DNA of 64,000 bases from Takakia lepidozioides (taxonomy: Eukaryota > Plantae > Bryophyta), in the NCBI GenBank assembly GCA_030704615.1, contig CM060733.1:56420001-56484000 (forward strand), given 5' to 3'. Below the pieces are notes generated by a model that was not told the DNA's origin, ran no database searches, and saw only the letters and a list, made by a program, of their open reading frames with translations. This document shows positions 49,910-63,539 of the stretch, piece after piece; positions within the stretch are counted from its first letter, which is position 1, and every line of letters starts with the position of its first letter. The position numbers and the translations under genes were made by a program.

Positions 49910-50375
49910 CCTTTCAAGAGAAGATTGGCATCAGCATAATTTGTTGCTAGCAACAGCTCGTACTAGAAGTGTCTTTCCTGTTCCTGGGGTCCCATAGAGC
50001 AATACACCCTGTCCAGTAGCTCACGCACACATGATCACCCTAATTCAGAGCACAAATCAGAGGAAGGCATCTAACCTGATCCACCGTCAGGCTTACCCAA
50101 CGTTGCCAACACTGACCTCCACCAATACATGTCAAGAAGATATCCCCTACTCTGCTAGAAATTTCGCCCTTCATATGTACGGCAGTTTGTGAAACAAAAC
50201 ATTTGTGAGAGGATCATCAATTACCTCCAGTGGGTCACTTGATGCCAACACGAAGGACGAGTGAACACTGTAGGGTTCATAAGAGGCAGTTCGATGGACT
50301 CTCGAAGCTCCATAATCTGTTCACTTAGACCTCCAACAGCATAGTAACTCACATTCCCTGGGTCCTCGTGGGCCT
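49910..50375 (-). pseudogene. 26S proteasome AAA-ATPase RPT4-like fragment (two exons plus intron, decayed)
   Basis: [33 protein letters not shown] and, after an intron, GVLLYGTPGTGKTLLVRAVASN (Walker A), followed by disruption. Confidence 0.85.
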
Positions 50376-52155
50376 TGGGAACTAAAGATTGTTCAAAGTA
50401 CATGCTCGAGGGGATTATCAAACATGATCTGCAAGTTTCTGGTTACGCCTCAATCCCACCTCAATAACTCCTCGGACCACAGATCTCTCTAGCTACACGA
50501 CGTACTTGACTTCAGAACTAGGTCCTAAGTACCACCCAGTGAGGAATTCCAAATGAGTCGTTTTAAACCGATGATCTCCATGCCAACTTTCCTGGGAGCA
50601 GCAAAAAGGTGTGTAGATTCATCTGACACTGCTGTAAGTACATGGAGTGTCGTCAACTTTCTTCTATGGTAAACGGCATGTGAGGTAGCGTTGGTTGTAT
50701 TTCACCTTTGTTTGCAAACCAATGCTGTGAAAGGTTTTGAAAACAGGAACAGTGATTGACGACTTCAGGTCAATGCAGGCAACTTACTGCCTGCTGAAAT
50801 GCAATATAGAAGTGCAACATTGGCAGGTCCATCATGGTCAGTACCCTATCCCCACTTTGTGTTCTTCTCTTAAATTCTTCACTTTCTTTATTTTCTCTCG
50901 ATCATCAGAGGCCAGAGAGTGCAACTGGTGTTACAATCTTTTATGCATCGGCCATAATCTGTTTGAGAAATAAGGTCCACTGACTTTTTCCGTGGGCATC
51001 GGTGGAATGCATATGTTGCAGCTCCGAATTGCCCTGGGCTATCAGGGTTTGTGAGCTTTCAAGGTGACAATGTTCAAAGAACATGAGACTTTTCTGTCTC
51101 TCTTTCTCTTATAAATTCTCTTTCTTTGTATCTCATGTGTAGGGTGTGGGGTGTTAAAAATGCGTAGGGGCTCCAACTGCTGGCTTCTTCAGTTTATGTG
51201 CCAAGGGTTACCACAGCAATTTCTACAGCTGTGCATGTAATTATTAGTTTTTTGCAGATCAAAGTTAGCAGCGATCTCATCAAAGAAGTTCTAGCCAAAT
51301 GCTGTGTTCAATGTCTTCGTGTGCAATATGTTTTGGAAGATGAATATCTCCTAAATATTTACAGTCAAGTTTGTTTGGATTGAATCGATAGTAAATTGTG
51401 AGGAGCCCCTGCAGAAAGTGAGGACAAGAATGGATAGATGGATACTTTGAAGCTGTCACTAACGGTTCCTCGACCAAGGACAAGTTAACATTGTGTTGAA
51501 AATGATTCTCCGAAATGTCACACCAAGATAGGTGAACTATCAATTCTACAAGGAAAGGTTGAGCTCTCCCTCTCTTGTCACCCCTCCAGCAAAAACCTAT
51601 GATGATCTTAGCTCAATTTATAATTTCATGAGAATTTTCCAAACCCGTCTGAAGCAAATTGAGGAGTGGCACAAGCAGGAAGAGCAAAAAGATTCGTACC
51701 AAATTGGACTCTGAAAGGCAGAATTGCTTGAAAATGCCAAAGATTCAGAAATGCCACACTTGAAAACTGATCCAAAACTGCCAATTGATGGCTTATCATT
51801 TTCTAGTTCAACGAATCCAAGTTGTCCGATTAGCTCCTCTGATCCGTTTTCTCCATTTTCTTTCTCTCTTTCTTTGCCAAAAAATGAGATGGCAGATCAA
51901 AAGCAGCAGCATTATATGTACATGTGGGGATTCCAAAACCTTGCGGAGAATTAGACAAACGTTGCTGTAACAAAACTTGCATTACATTATGACACATCAA
52001 GTCTTCCTATGCAGATCAAGCCTGAGGAACACAGTTAACATGGACACTGATCTGATTATCTGGGCTTGTTCCCGTTGCCCGAAAAAACAATATATATATA
52101 TATGTATATGTTGTGTAGAATACTTTGAAGTTGATGCAGTGCAGCTGATCAGGTT

Positions 52156-53424
52156 CTAAATGTCTTGTAGTTGCTGATGGACATTGATGGCCCTGAGCTC
52201 TGGGAAAACTGAGTCGGGATTCCTGTAGCGCTTGTCCAGGCTGTGCCAGTGAAGATTGCCAGACATGAGCTCCTTCACACCTTCCACATAGCGGCGCACA
52301 ACATGGTCCCAAGGTTCCGCGTCCCACACAGCCAACTGCGTCTCCAGCTGCGTCTCCAGCTCCAGGACGACGCGAGCGTACGAGTTCACCACGTCCACTG
52401 CTCTGCACGCAGCTTGGGGTAGCAGTATATCTTCAGAATGCATCAACACCATGATCAGATTGCGCGGATTGTCTTCCTGCACCTCCTTGGGGTAGGAGAA
52501 AATATCGTTGACGAAAGAGCTCTGAATGAGGGCCGCGTTGGTCAGCTGTTGGATGATGGGTTGCGCTCGTACCTCGGCTGGAAGAAACGCGTTCTTGGCC
52601 ACCTCCACGAGATTCACAGTTAACAAAGCCCCGGCGTTCCAGGCGCGCATTTGGGTGAAAGACTCCAAGTCTTGCAAATATAAGCGGTCGCCTGCAATGT
52701 CGGCATGGCTGGCAACGCCCACTCTGTGGTGCTCCATGACAGCGTCTGCAAAAGTATTGAACCATTCCGGAGTGGATAAGCGTCTCAGGTCCCGACCCAA
52801 TTCCCACATAATCCCCTCGATCGGAGTGGGATCGCGCAGAGGCTCTTGTTGCCTCAAGAGGAGGTTCAAGTGTTTGACGAACTCTCCGATCGTGTGAGGG
52901 CTCTCACGGATGCGGCGATCGATGCCATACTCCTCGAGGAGCAAGTCGTCTGGGCAATCAAACAGAAGATCATCCAAGACGAACATGAGGAGGTTCGAGA
53001 TAGAGACGGCTACCAAACGATCAGAACTGACGGCTCCGCTGAATATAAAGCCGGCAAGCGAGATGGACAGACGACAATAGGATTCCAACGACTTGATCTG
53101 CCAGTGCTCCGCAATTTTCATCAGGCGTTCCTCGGCTTCAACTACAAACATGCTCCGCTGTCGAGGTGGGAGACCTCTGATGGCCATGGAATGGACGAGA
53201 TGTGGGATCTTCTCATCGTTCGTGGGATTCTTAACTGGTAGATGTTGAGATTGTTGCTTTACCCTGCCAGCTGTGCATCGCACACGAAGGGAAGACCTGT
53301 AGTTGACAAGAGAAGACAAGCAAGGACGCCTCTGAAAGGCAGAAGTAGGGAGGGAGCGAGAGAAGAAGGTAGGCAGAGCAGTTGGGCAATGAAGTGACAG
53401 GCCATTGTTGAGCTGGGAAACCAT
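52156..53424 (-). CDS. Microbial-type terpene synthase-like protein (MTPSL), intronless, with a probable plastid transit peptide
   Basis: 422-aa ORF with DDLLFD (DDxxxD), NDIFSYPKE (NSE/DTE) and WHSLDKRY (RY pair). S/R-rich N-terminus ending SLRVRC-TA. Confidence 0.93.
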   Translation of the reverse strand: MVSQLNNGLSLHCPTALPTFFSRSLPTSAFQRRPCLSSLVNYRSSLRVRCTAGRVKQQSQHLPVKNPTNDEKIPHLVHSMAIRGLPPRQRSMFVVEAEERLMKIAEHWQIKSLESYCRLSISLAGFIFSGAVSSDRLVAVSISNLLMFVLDDLLFDCPDDLLLEEYGIDRRIRESPHTIGEFVKHLNLLLRQQEPLRDPTPIEGIMWELGRDLRRLSTPEWFNTFADAVMEHHRVGVASHADIAGDRLYLQDLESFTQMRAWNAGALLTVNLVEVAKNAFLPAEVRAQPIIQQLTNAALIQSSFVNDIFSYPKEVQEDNPRNLIMVLMHSEDILLPQAACRAVDVVNSYARVVLELETQLETQLAVWDAEPWDHVVRRYVEGVKELMSGNLHWHSLDKRYRNPDSVFPELRAINVHQQLQDI

Positions 53425-54469
53425 TGTGCAGTCCTCCCTGCAGAATGGGTGACGATGAGCAAGCTGGGTCGCTATAACGGTAAGTTATCTCCAAGAGTCT
53501 GGGTGCTACCCAATCACTTTATGGCCTCCTCTCATGGTTATTTTTGCCGAGAGTTCTTAATATGACTTGAGGGCTTCCTCCCCTTTCTTTTTTTTTTCCA
53601 AAAATAAAGAGAAAAAAGTATCCCCTCTTAAGAAATAAAAAGTGAAAAAATTGCCAACAATATGGTCTTTTTTACTAGTCCTTAGGACTGCATTTTGCAA
53701 GTCATAGCCGTGACTGCGTGTGTGGCACCTGGAGTCATGCATAAGAGAGTGATGTAGTTACAACTCTATGACTTACAGACGACTAACTATATGACTACAT
53801 TGTCTGATGAGCGTTGCCTACATGGAGAGGCTTTAGAGAAACACGTGCACCACTGCGCAAGCGACACGTCACGACACCTGTTGCACTTCAGATGTGACAT
53901 GTGGCACTTAGACATAATATATGACTAGCATATATGGCAGGGTTTATGCCACGTGTCATCAAGAATGTCTCTGAAAATAATTTAATAGTTATATTTGTAA
54001 TTCTAAATTCTTAAATTTATATTTTATTTTTGAAAACAGGGGATAGCAGCTTGGAAAATTTTATTAAATGGTATTATTGTTTAATTTAAATAATGTTATA
54101 TAAAATAAAAATAGATTAAATGATTTAAATTCTTCATTACATGGTGAAATTCTGATATAAAAACATAATGGACCCCTCTTGCATACTAGCAACCACAAGG
54201 ACATTCAAAATAGACAAGTACAGGGGAATACACGCCCTGTAAATTATATTACAAAAATCCATTGGACACCTCAAAGGCCACAAGGTCCAAAAATCCATGC
54301 CTGAAAAGGTCCAGTAAGCAAAAAATAAGCAAGCCCACACATGGGCTGAATTGTTGTAATACTAGTTTGTTCTGGTGCTACTAGAATCAAGGACCCTGTT
54401 AAACAGTGCAATACTTACGGCTGATTTGATAAGAGGGAAAAACAGGGTGAAATGTGTTGAAGAAGGTGC

Positions 54470-57400
54470 CTTGATTAATTGTGCCTTGATCAATTGTGCC
54501 GCTGCTGCTGCTGCTTCCAGTTGACCATCTACCCATGCAGGTTTCTTGTACCTATCATTCCACAGGGAATCATAGGTAATATGGAGCTTGAAATCCGGCC
54601 CTCTTGGATGGATCTGGACCCACACATCTATCCCTGCTCCTTCAGCTATCCATGCCCCTGCACAAATCATGCATATATCCTCGCCTTGCTGCTAGCAGCT
54701 GACAATGACAGCCTAGAATTGCTTGAGCAAACACCCCAACCCTACTTATCACACTAGTTCCTATGCTGACTTGCGTCTGCTTCCAACAGGCATTCACCTT
54801 TTGCCTCGATTGTTCCACCATTGACTGAGGTCGGGAACGTATTCATCCTAGAGCTTCTCCTCGAGTCTTTGTTTTCTATTTTTCGATATTTTTCTGTCGA
54901 CCACATTGGCAGTAACATGTCAAAATCACTCCAAAACTACCATAGATCCACCAACGAGCTAACTTGCAGAATTCAACATTAAAATTTAGGGATGACTCTG
55001 ATAGCAGGGGAAAACAAGGTGAAATATGTTGAAGAAGGTACCTTCATTAGTAGCGCCTTGTTTTATGAATTGTGCTGCTGCCGCTGCTGTTTCCAGTTGA
55101 CCATCTACCCACTTGTAGCCGCTGTGAGCTATTGAAGAAGGTGCCCCCTTCCCCCATCATTTGATCATAGGTCTCCATACCATGTCCCTGCTCTGCATAC
55201 CCTGCAAGCATCGCGTTCCATGACACCACATCTCGTTCAGCCATAGTGTTGAAAACTCCCTTCGCATCCTTAATGCACCTACATTTCGCATACATGTCCA
55301 CCAGGGCAGTGTTTAGAATGACATCTGGTACAATTCCAGCTTTGATGATGTCACCATGGACCTCTTTCCCCTTTTCCAGAGGTCCCAGGCTTGCACACGC
55401 ATTGCAAACACAAACAAACGTGATGTGGTTGGGCTTCACCCCTTCGCGCAACATTTGCTCATAGGTCTCCAAAGCATTCCTACCACACCCATGCTTGGTA
55501 AATCCTGCCAACATTATATTCCACGTGATCAAAGATCATCGAGACATTCTGTTGAAACCTCTACCCCCTGTTCATCCCAAAAAAAAACATGATGCTCCTG
55601 CACTTAACATACATGTTTGCTCCTGCACACACATTTTGCATACATGTCCACCAGGGTATTGTTCAAAATGACATTTGGTATAATTTCAGCCCTGATGATG
55701 TCGCCATGGACCTCTTTGCAAACCCTTTTCCAGAGCTGCCATGGCTGTGTTTAGAATGACATTTGGTACAATTCCAGCTGATGATGTCACCATTCACCTC
55801 TTTGCCCTTTTCCAGGGCTGCCAAGCTTGCACAAGCATTGCGAGTGCACACAAACGTGATGTGGTCGGGCTTCACCCCTTCGCACATCATTTCCTCATAC
55901 GTCTCCAAAGCCTCCATCCCGCGCCTCTGTTGTGCATTCACTGCGAGCATCGCACTCCACGACACCACATTTCGTTCAGCCATATTGTTGATCACTCCCT
56001 TTGCATCCTTGATGCTCCCACATTTGGCATACAAGTCCACCAGGACAGTGTTCAGGATCACATCTGGTATGATTCTAGCTCTGACGATGTCGCCATGCAC
56101 CTCTTTGCCCTTTTCCAGGGCTGCCAAGCTTGCAAACGCACACAAACGTGATGTGGTCGAGCTTCATCCCTTCACACATCATTTGCTCATACGTCTCCAA
56201 AGCCTCCATCCTGCGCCCATGTTGTATATACCCTGCGAGCATCGCACTCCACGACACCACATTTCGTTCAGCCATATTGTTGAACACTCCCTTTGCATCC
56301 TCGATGCTCCCACATTTGGCATACATGTCCACCAGGGCAGTGTTCAGGATCACATCTGGTACGATTCCAGCTCTAACGATGTCACCATGCACCTCTTTGC
56401 CCTTTTCCAAGGCTGCCAGGCTTGCACACGCACTGCAAATGTGATGTGGTCGGGCTTCACCCCTTTCCCCATCATTTGCTCATAGGTCTCCAAAGCATTC
56501 CTACCACACCCATGCTTGGTAAATCCTCCCAACTTTATATTCCACGTGATCAAAGATCATTGAGGCATTCTGTTGAACACTTGGTGAGCATCCATGATGC
56601 TCCCGCACTTAACATACATGTTGACAAGGGTGTTGAGGAGAAAAACATTTGGTGTGAATCCACTTTGGATAATGTGAGTTTGCACCTGCTTTTCAGCTTC
56701 CAGGCCTTTCACCTTGATGCACTTATGCAAGAGACAGACATACGTATCTGAATCTGCTGAAATGCCTCCTTGGTTTAAAGTCTGTAGAGCCTCTGTCAGT
56801 CAGTCTGCCTCACAAAACATCTTCACATGCCCATAAGTGCCAGAAGAGACATTGTGGACTCCCTCTCTTGATCCGCTTCCAGAAGTTGTGGTCACGGTTG
56901 AGGTGCCTGGTTTTATCAACTGTGCTGCTGCAGCTGCTGCCTTCAGTTGACCATCTACCCATGCAGGTTTCTTGTGGCTATTGATCCACAGGGAATCATA
57001 GGTAATTTTGTGCTTGAAATCTGGCCCTCTTGGAAGAATCTGTACCCACTCTCTATCCATGCTTCTTCAGCTATCCATGCGTCTGCACAAATCATGCATT
57101 CATCCTTGCCTTGCTGCTAGCAGCTGACAATAACAGCCTAGACACCCAACTCAGCTTATGACCCTAGTTCCTATGTTGAATTGCGTCGTTACTCTCTGTA
57201 ATCTAACAGACATTCATCTTTTTGCCTTGATTGTCTCACCGTTAACTGGGGTCACAAAAGTATCCATTCCACAGCTTCTCCTCATCTCTGTTACATACTT
57301 TCCTGTTGTCATATTGGCAGTATCATGTCAAACTCGCTGCAAACTAGATTCACTCAACCAGCTAACTTGCAGAATTCAATATGGAAATTTAGGGCCGATT
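54470..57400 (-). pseudogene. Decayed PLS-class pentatricopeptide repeat gene(s) with duplicated 5' module
   Basis: Frameshifted P-L-S arrays (NTALVDMYAKCGSIEDAKGVFNNM, VVSWSAMLAGY, VKPDHITFVC...ACASLAALEKGKEVHGDI) at 55047-56790. Confidence 0.9.
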
Positions 57401-58319
57401 CTGTGATTGGAAAGAGAACCCAGAGGGATGGAATGGAAGCAGCAGCTTGGGTGTGTTTCTGATGCATCAACAGACAGCGGTCAGACCAAGTTCTATGACC
57501 CAAACCTAGAGTGAGCACAATGGCTTTGTAAGGCCAATGCCTACAGGGCATATTCAATACTACAATGAGGATACGCAAGCAACAAATACCATGTGCAAAT
57601 CAAAAAACAACAAAGGTGGTGAAGGTGCGCAACCTGCCAAAGAGAGGGCGGAAAAGAAGGATGAAGCAACTACAGACATTGGAAAATGCTCTGATGCGGG
57701 CAGAAGGGAAGACCCAGGCCCTGTCGGGGTTCAGCTGGCAGAAGAACAAGCTGCTGACAGCAACAACATGGAAGCAGAGTGGATACAAGTTGATTTTGAC
57801 AAACCTGAGTCCATCAGACAAGACATTAGAAGGCCCAAACAAAGAACACTGTGCAAAATTTGTAATAACATGAGACACAGTAGTCACACACTAACCCAAC
57901 ATGGGTCTTGGCAAACTTTCAGCAAAACTGAAACAATCACAGAAGCAAAAAAAAGGGCAAGACCTCAAGGGAAGATGTATGGAGTACCTTTTGCAGTGAT
58001 CAATGAGTACGTGGAAGGAGGAGAAGCTTATCCACTACCAAGCACGGAGTACATGATGCAACCAACAGCACAAGTATCATGTCAGTTCACTCATAATGAG
58101 CTGGAGGCACTGGATGAGTTGGATGAGATATACCATATAAGTGATCATACTCCAATAAGACTACAACAACACCCCACATCAACATGTTGACATGGGGAAG
58201 TGCAAAGAAGGCCAAAATAGGGGATGGGATGCCTATTCTGCAGAAATCCAGCCAAGACATCAAGGATTTAGGGCAAAAACATGGATTTGGTGATGCATTT
58301 CAGCGCTCTGTAGTCATCT

Positions 58320-58383
58320 ACCTAGTGCAATTTTTATGACTCTGCCAAAGCCGTAGTCCTAAAAACGCTCATCTCTGGTAGTG
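58320..58383 (-). mobile_element. CACTA-like terminal repeat (right end)
   Basis: Ends ...CTCATCTCTGGTAGTG, the reverse complement of CACTACCAGAGATGAG. Confidence 0.5.
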
Positions 58384-59689
58384 ACCCGAGGTCGTCGTTC
58401 GTAGCCCACCTAAGGTGGCAAGTTGATTTCTTTTATTCACTGTGAGTCTTGTCAGTTCTTCGCACACCAGCATCTGATACTCCGATCAACATGCTCGCAT
58501 TGTGAAGGACCGTGATCCATTGGGTATCCTTTAATGCACCATAGATTGCACAGTGACATGCCTCCATCGCCAAGGTTCCATGGAAGGTATTTAAATCTGA
58601 CCTCGTTTATTTTTGACATGGTTGTTCAAGGTAATATAGGTCCTTCAGTATAGGCTGAGGTAGGAGAAACCTCATCAGCACAGTAGTGAGTGTATGTCTA
58701 GCTCAGGATCAAGAGCCACACTCCCAATAGCTTGGATAGCATATCCTTTGATACTAGGTTGCAAAGGAGACTGGCTCAAGAAGCCGTCAGAGATCAACTG
58801 CTAGGGAAACACCCAGCATTGAGTCCACAATCAGACTCAGAGGAGAGAACACTGACAGCTCTTCAGAGATCGAGTGTTCACGAGTGGTTTCCTGTCGCGG
58901 CCCTTTGCCTTGAGGGGAGGGGGTCGGGACACAAGAGGGGCTGCCCTTGTGGTGGGGGCAGTGGCAACAATAAATACGGGGGCTGAAGCGCCCTTGAGTG
59001 CCCAAGGCACTCAAGGAGGCAGAGGCGCTCACTAGGTGGAGCCCCGCACACCGGGTTGCGGTGGGGGTGGTTCCACGAGGGGTGGTGGTAGCTTAGTGGG
59101 ACTTAGTGGGGGTGACATAGGACTCACCATGGGGCGGAGACCTTGTGGTGGGAGTCGTGGGGAGTCTTGGGACTCATCACGGTCCAATGGGGCCGTGGTG
59201 GGTGGGCCAAGACTCACCACGACTCATCACCGGGAATTAAGGGTTTTCGTGGTGGTTCGCCATAAAAGGATGGTGTTGTTTGTGAAACCCCCGCGGACAG
59301 TCACAGAAGTATATATAGGGAGTAGTAACCCCAAGAACGGTGCAAGCCCGTTGGTGACCAAAAACTAGTGAGTAAGCGTGCGAGCCGAAAATCGACCAAG
59401 GTGTGGGGAGCTGTTCCGGACTGCCAACATCCAAAGGGAATTTCCACTAGGCCTAAATTGAGAGAGGGTCTTATGGAGGAGAAAAGGGGGACCGTTATGT
59501 CTCGGTGAGCAGCCGAAGCTCCGAGTTGGCTCGAAGACCAGTTTGAGAGTTAGGCGCGTGCATCAAAGCAAGTAACTATGATTTGAAGGGGAGCTTACCG
59601 AAGTGAGGTGCGCGACATTTCCCCTGTATCTAGTCCCCCTCATACACCACCGGCCACGTCAAGGAGCCCTTCGCCGTCGTTAATGTCAG

Positions 59690-60270
59690 TTATGGCACAT
59701 GTTCCAAGACCTCCCGAGGTACCTATTGTGGTCCCAGCAGGCCTGCCCCCATTAATGTTACCCAGGCATTTGTCTTGGTTTTCCGGGGAAGCACATGAAA
59801 ACCCAGAGTATCATGTGAAAAGCTTTATTCAGTGTTGCTATTCTAACCAAGCGTTAAACGATGCCTATTGGTAATTGATATGGTTTCCCACGACCATGAA
59901 GGGTAGGGCATCCACTTGGTATTGGCACCAGACGCCAGGTATATTCGTAACTTAGCAGCAGATTCGGGACGCATTTTTATATCATTTTCGAGCGGTCCAC
60001 CAGTTCACCAGTGTCTTGATGGCACTGGCCAGGATCAACCAAGGCCCCACATAGGAGGTAACGGACTTTGAAATGCGATTTCGGGAGTTGATGTGACTCC
60101 AAAACCCTTTAACCCCCCTAGATGATGGGGTATTGAAGGATTGTTTTCTGGGTGGATTACGAGAGACCACTCACTTTCATGTTTTGCAGCAAAGACCTGC
60201 AACACTGGTAGATGCCATACAAGCCAGCAAGGAATTCGACAGCATGCATCGTTAGGCACAACAGGCCAAG
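59690..60270 (+). pseudogene. Degenerate Ty3/Gypsy gag (Retrotrans_gag-like)
   Basis: LSWFSGEAHENPEYHVKSF...WFPTTMKGRASTWYWHQTPGIFVT*QQIRDAFLYHF, with several stops. Confidence 0.75.
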
Positions 60271-60309
60271 ATGCCTGACTTTGCACTTCCATCATACATT
60301 ACGATCGAG

Positions 60310-61120
60310 CCCACATTAGAGGAAAAACGCGGAATAACCACTCTGGCAACCACTCATTTTGAGTGGGAAAAGATACCCAACCACTCTGGCATGTCTAGTG
60401 GTATAGAACTAGTGGATCTTGATTCAGCAGTGGTTAACGACATGACGTGTCCGAAGTGGTTAACGACAGTGGTTACGATCACTTGCCTCCGAGTCCAGCT
60501 GTTCGCTTACGTGAGTGGTAAAATAACCACTTGTGACGTGTCACAGTGGTAAGCCAAGTCACGTTTGACGTGTCATAGTGGCCCAACTAACCACTTCAGA
60601 ACATAGACCACTTCCACCGTATGCGACGTGGACGCAGCAACTCCGTCGATCATACTTAGCAATGGACGGACACATATCCGTATCAATATGGTTAGATGAT
60701 TATGGGCTCCATTATCTGGACACGTGGCGATATTGCAAATGAGCACGTGCCCTATTTTAGGGATGTGCTGAAAAATGCAATGACTTCCCAAACAACTCTG
60801 TGAGTGAGACTTAAATGACTCTAATAGTCATGATTTGAGAATAAACAATGTATATTATCACTGAATGTGTGGTTCTAATAGTATTGATATGTGCTAAAAC
60901 CACTTGCTGAGTGGTTCTACCAGTATCAATGTAGTGGTTAGGTTGTGTGCTAAAACCACTGACGAAGCGGTTCTACCAGTATTGATGTAGTGATTAGGTT
61001 GTGTGCTAAAACCACTGACGAAGTCATCCCACCAAGTAGGAACCATGTTTTTGAATTATTACTACCAGAGTGGTATGTAAGTGATTGGGGCTACATCTGG
61101 AGGAGTACAACCACTCTTGC
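60310..61120. repeat. ACCACT/AGTGGT-rich subterminal-type repeats, including ~57-bp tandem units (CACTA-like remnant)
   Basis: Dense ACCAC(T)/(A)GTGGT motifs; tandem GGTTCTACCAGTAT...GTGCTAAAACCACT units at about 60870-61020. Confidence 0.55.
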
Positions 61121-61402
61121 ATACTGTCACAGTCTTACATATACCACTGACAGAGTGATATGTAAGTGATTCATACATTCCCATATAATTCTCCTACAAT
61201 TCCCATACATTCGAAGTGAATTTGCAAATCCAAATACTCTTGAAGATTCACCATTCAAAAAACAGAATAGAATCCAAGACAGTAAGTGTTGGAACAAAGT
61301 CAACAAAATCCAGCCATGATAGAAGGTGACACTATCTACGCTACGTCTCCGCAGGCATGCTAAAAGCCATGAACTACTTTCTGTCTTTTGGTCAGTGATA
61401 GA

Positions 61403-62190
61403 CATCTACCCATGCAGGTTTCTTGTAGCTATTGATCCATAGGGAATCATAGATAACCTTATGCTTGAAATCTGGCCCTCTTGGATGAATCTGGACCCAC
61501 ACTCCATCCCTGCTCCTTCAGCTATCCATGCCTCTGCACAAACCACGCATACATCATTGTCTTGCTGCTAGCAGCTGACAATGACAGCCTACATCTGTTC
61601 TAGGAAACACCCAACTAAACTTATCACTCTAGTTCCTATGCTCAATTGCATCTACTACTCTTTGTAATCCATGGATAGCTGAAGGTCCAGATTCATCCAA
61701 GAGGGCCAGATTTCAGCAATAGGGTATGTCACCCTACAAATCGGACATTCATCTTTGGCTTGCTGCTAGCAGCTGACAATGACAGCCTAGAGTTGTTCCA
61801 GCAAACACCCCAACCCTACTTATCACACTAGTTCCTATGCTCAATTGCATCTGCTACTCTCTATAATCCAACATGCATTCACCTTCTTGCCTCGATCGTC
61901 CCACCATTGACTGGGGTCAGAAAAGTATTCATTCCACAGCTTCTCCTTATCTTTGTTACCCGTTTCTGGATACTTTATGTTGTCACATTGGCAGTATCAT
62001 GTCAGTCACTCCAAACTATTAAAGGTTCACTCAACCAGCTAACTTGCAGAATTCAACATGGCCGATTCCAGGGCTGCCAGGCTTGCACAAGCATTGCAAA
62101 TGCACACAAACACAATGTGCTTCCCCCATCATTTGCTCATAGGTCTCCAAAGCCTCCATCCCACGTCCCTGCCGTGCATACCCTGGACCA
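61403..62190 (-). pseudogene. Third copy of the PPR 5' module plus a PPR fragment
   Basis: Homologous to about 54523-54985 and 56949-57385 (CATCTACCCATGCAGGTTTCTTG...GCTAACTTGCAGAATTCAA). Confidence 0.8.
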
Positions 62191-62889
62191 AGCTGACTCT
62201 CCCAAGAACCTTGTAAACATCAGCGAGGACTTAAGTGCGCAGCAGTGATATGGCTTAGTGGGGCTTAGTGCTTGAGGGAAAAAAAAACATCGCATTGGTC
62301 CATGAGAACCACCATGGTGCAGTTAAGCGAGCAGAGATTGAAACACGACCTGCTAAGACCAAGCTGACTCTCCCAAGAACCTTGTAAACATCACGAAGAA
62401 TACCAAATCATGGTACTAACAGGAGCCAAAAGCCCACATTTGCAGGATGGACAAACTTCTTCACATCCTACATTAAGAAAAAGCCACACCCTGCGATTGC
62501 GATTGTCCCACCATCATGAAGGATCTGTAAAAAACCTCATGCGAGCTCTGCTCCGTGCTACAAATTCAGGGCCGAGTCTGATGAGAGGGCAAAACAGGCT
62601 GAAATAGGTCGAAGAAGAAGGTGCCCTCACCACATTGTCGTCGACCTTGTGTCATGACCCATGGAGGATTTGACAGACCATGAACCCAAACGGACCTCTT
62701 GTGTGTGCTGCTTGTGTCTGTAGTCAGGTAACGTCGGATTGTCCATGAGAACCACCACGGTGCAGCTGAGCGAGCAGAGATTGAAACGCGACCTGCTAAG
62801 ACCAACTTGCACGAGGACTTGGTGTGCGCAGCAGCGATAGGGCTTAGTGGGGCTTAGTAAGGCTTAGTGCATGAGGGGAAAAAAAAGAC

Positions 62890-62955
62890 AACGCGAGGAG
62901 TTTGAACCCGCAACCCCGCGAAAAGCAGGAAGAGCCCTTACCAATACGCTACATG
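62890..62955 (-). other. tRNA-like Pol III box A/B remnant (SINE head?)
   Basis: Minus strand GTAGCGTATTGGTAAG ... GGGTTCAAACTC. Confidence 0.35.
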
Positions 62956-63539
62956 CACCCATTTGAAATTTTTCCGCAAAAGTATGTATATACTAGGGCT
63001 TCGCTTTGCTCCGCACTACTAGCGACGAATTCTGAGAACTATGTTCAATTTTTCACAAAAAAAGGGTGGGTCATCCCCACTGTGTTACATGCAGAGATCC
63101 CATGTTTTGTTTTTTCCTGGAAGAAAAATGGTGGATCTGCATTTCAACATTCAATTTTCACAAGCCGCATCAATCAATAACGACATATCCAAATACCCTT
63201 ACATTCACTGTATGAACTTTCAAGCATCCACCATGGGATTGGATCTTGGTGGGTTAAGGCTAGCTTTTGACAATATTCATGCAAGTTCGTCAAGGGCTCC
63301 ATCCAAAGCCACACCACGAGAAACAAACGAACATGTCCAAATTTAAGATGCTGAACAAACTTGTGCACAGGGCTGCCCCTCTCATCAAGCTCATTAAAAT
63401 TCGTATTCACTTCCATCTTCAAGCTTTGGAGAAGCTCCACCACCCCTTCAGTCAAGTGCAATTGTGAGCTGACTTCCTACCTATGCCGGGTAGACCCCAC
63501 TATCAGGAAATGGTGGATGGTCTGAGTAGCTACACAGAT

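Noticed and set aside
52156-53424. Microbial contamination explaining the terpene synthase
   Set aside because: It is contiguous with plant pseudogenes and TEs and has a plant-type transit-peptide-like N-terminus.
57537-58190. 217-aa ORF as a host gene
   Set aside because: No recognisable family and it lies just inside a CACTA-like end, so probably TE-derived. Left unannotated.
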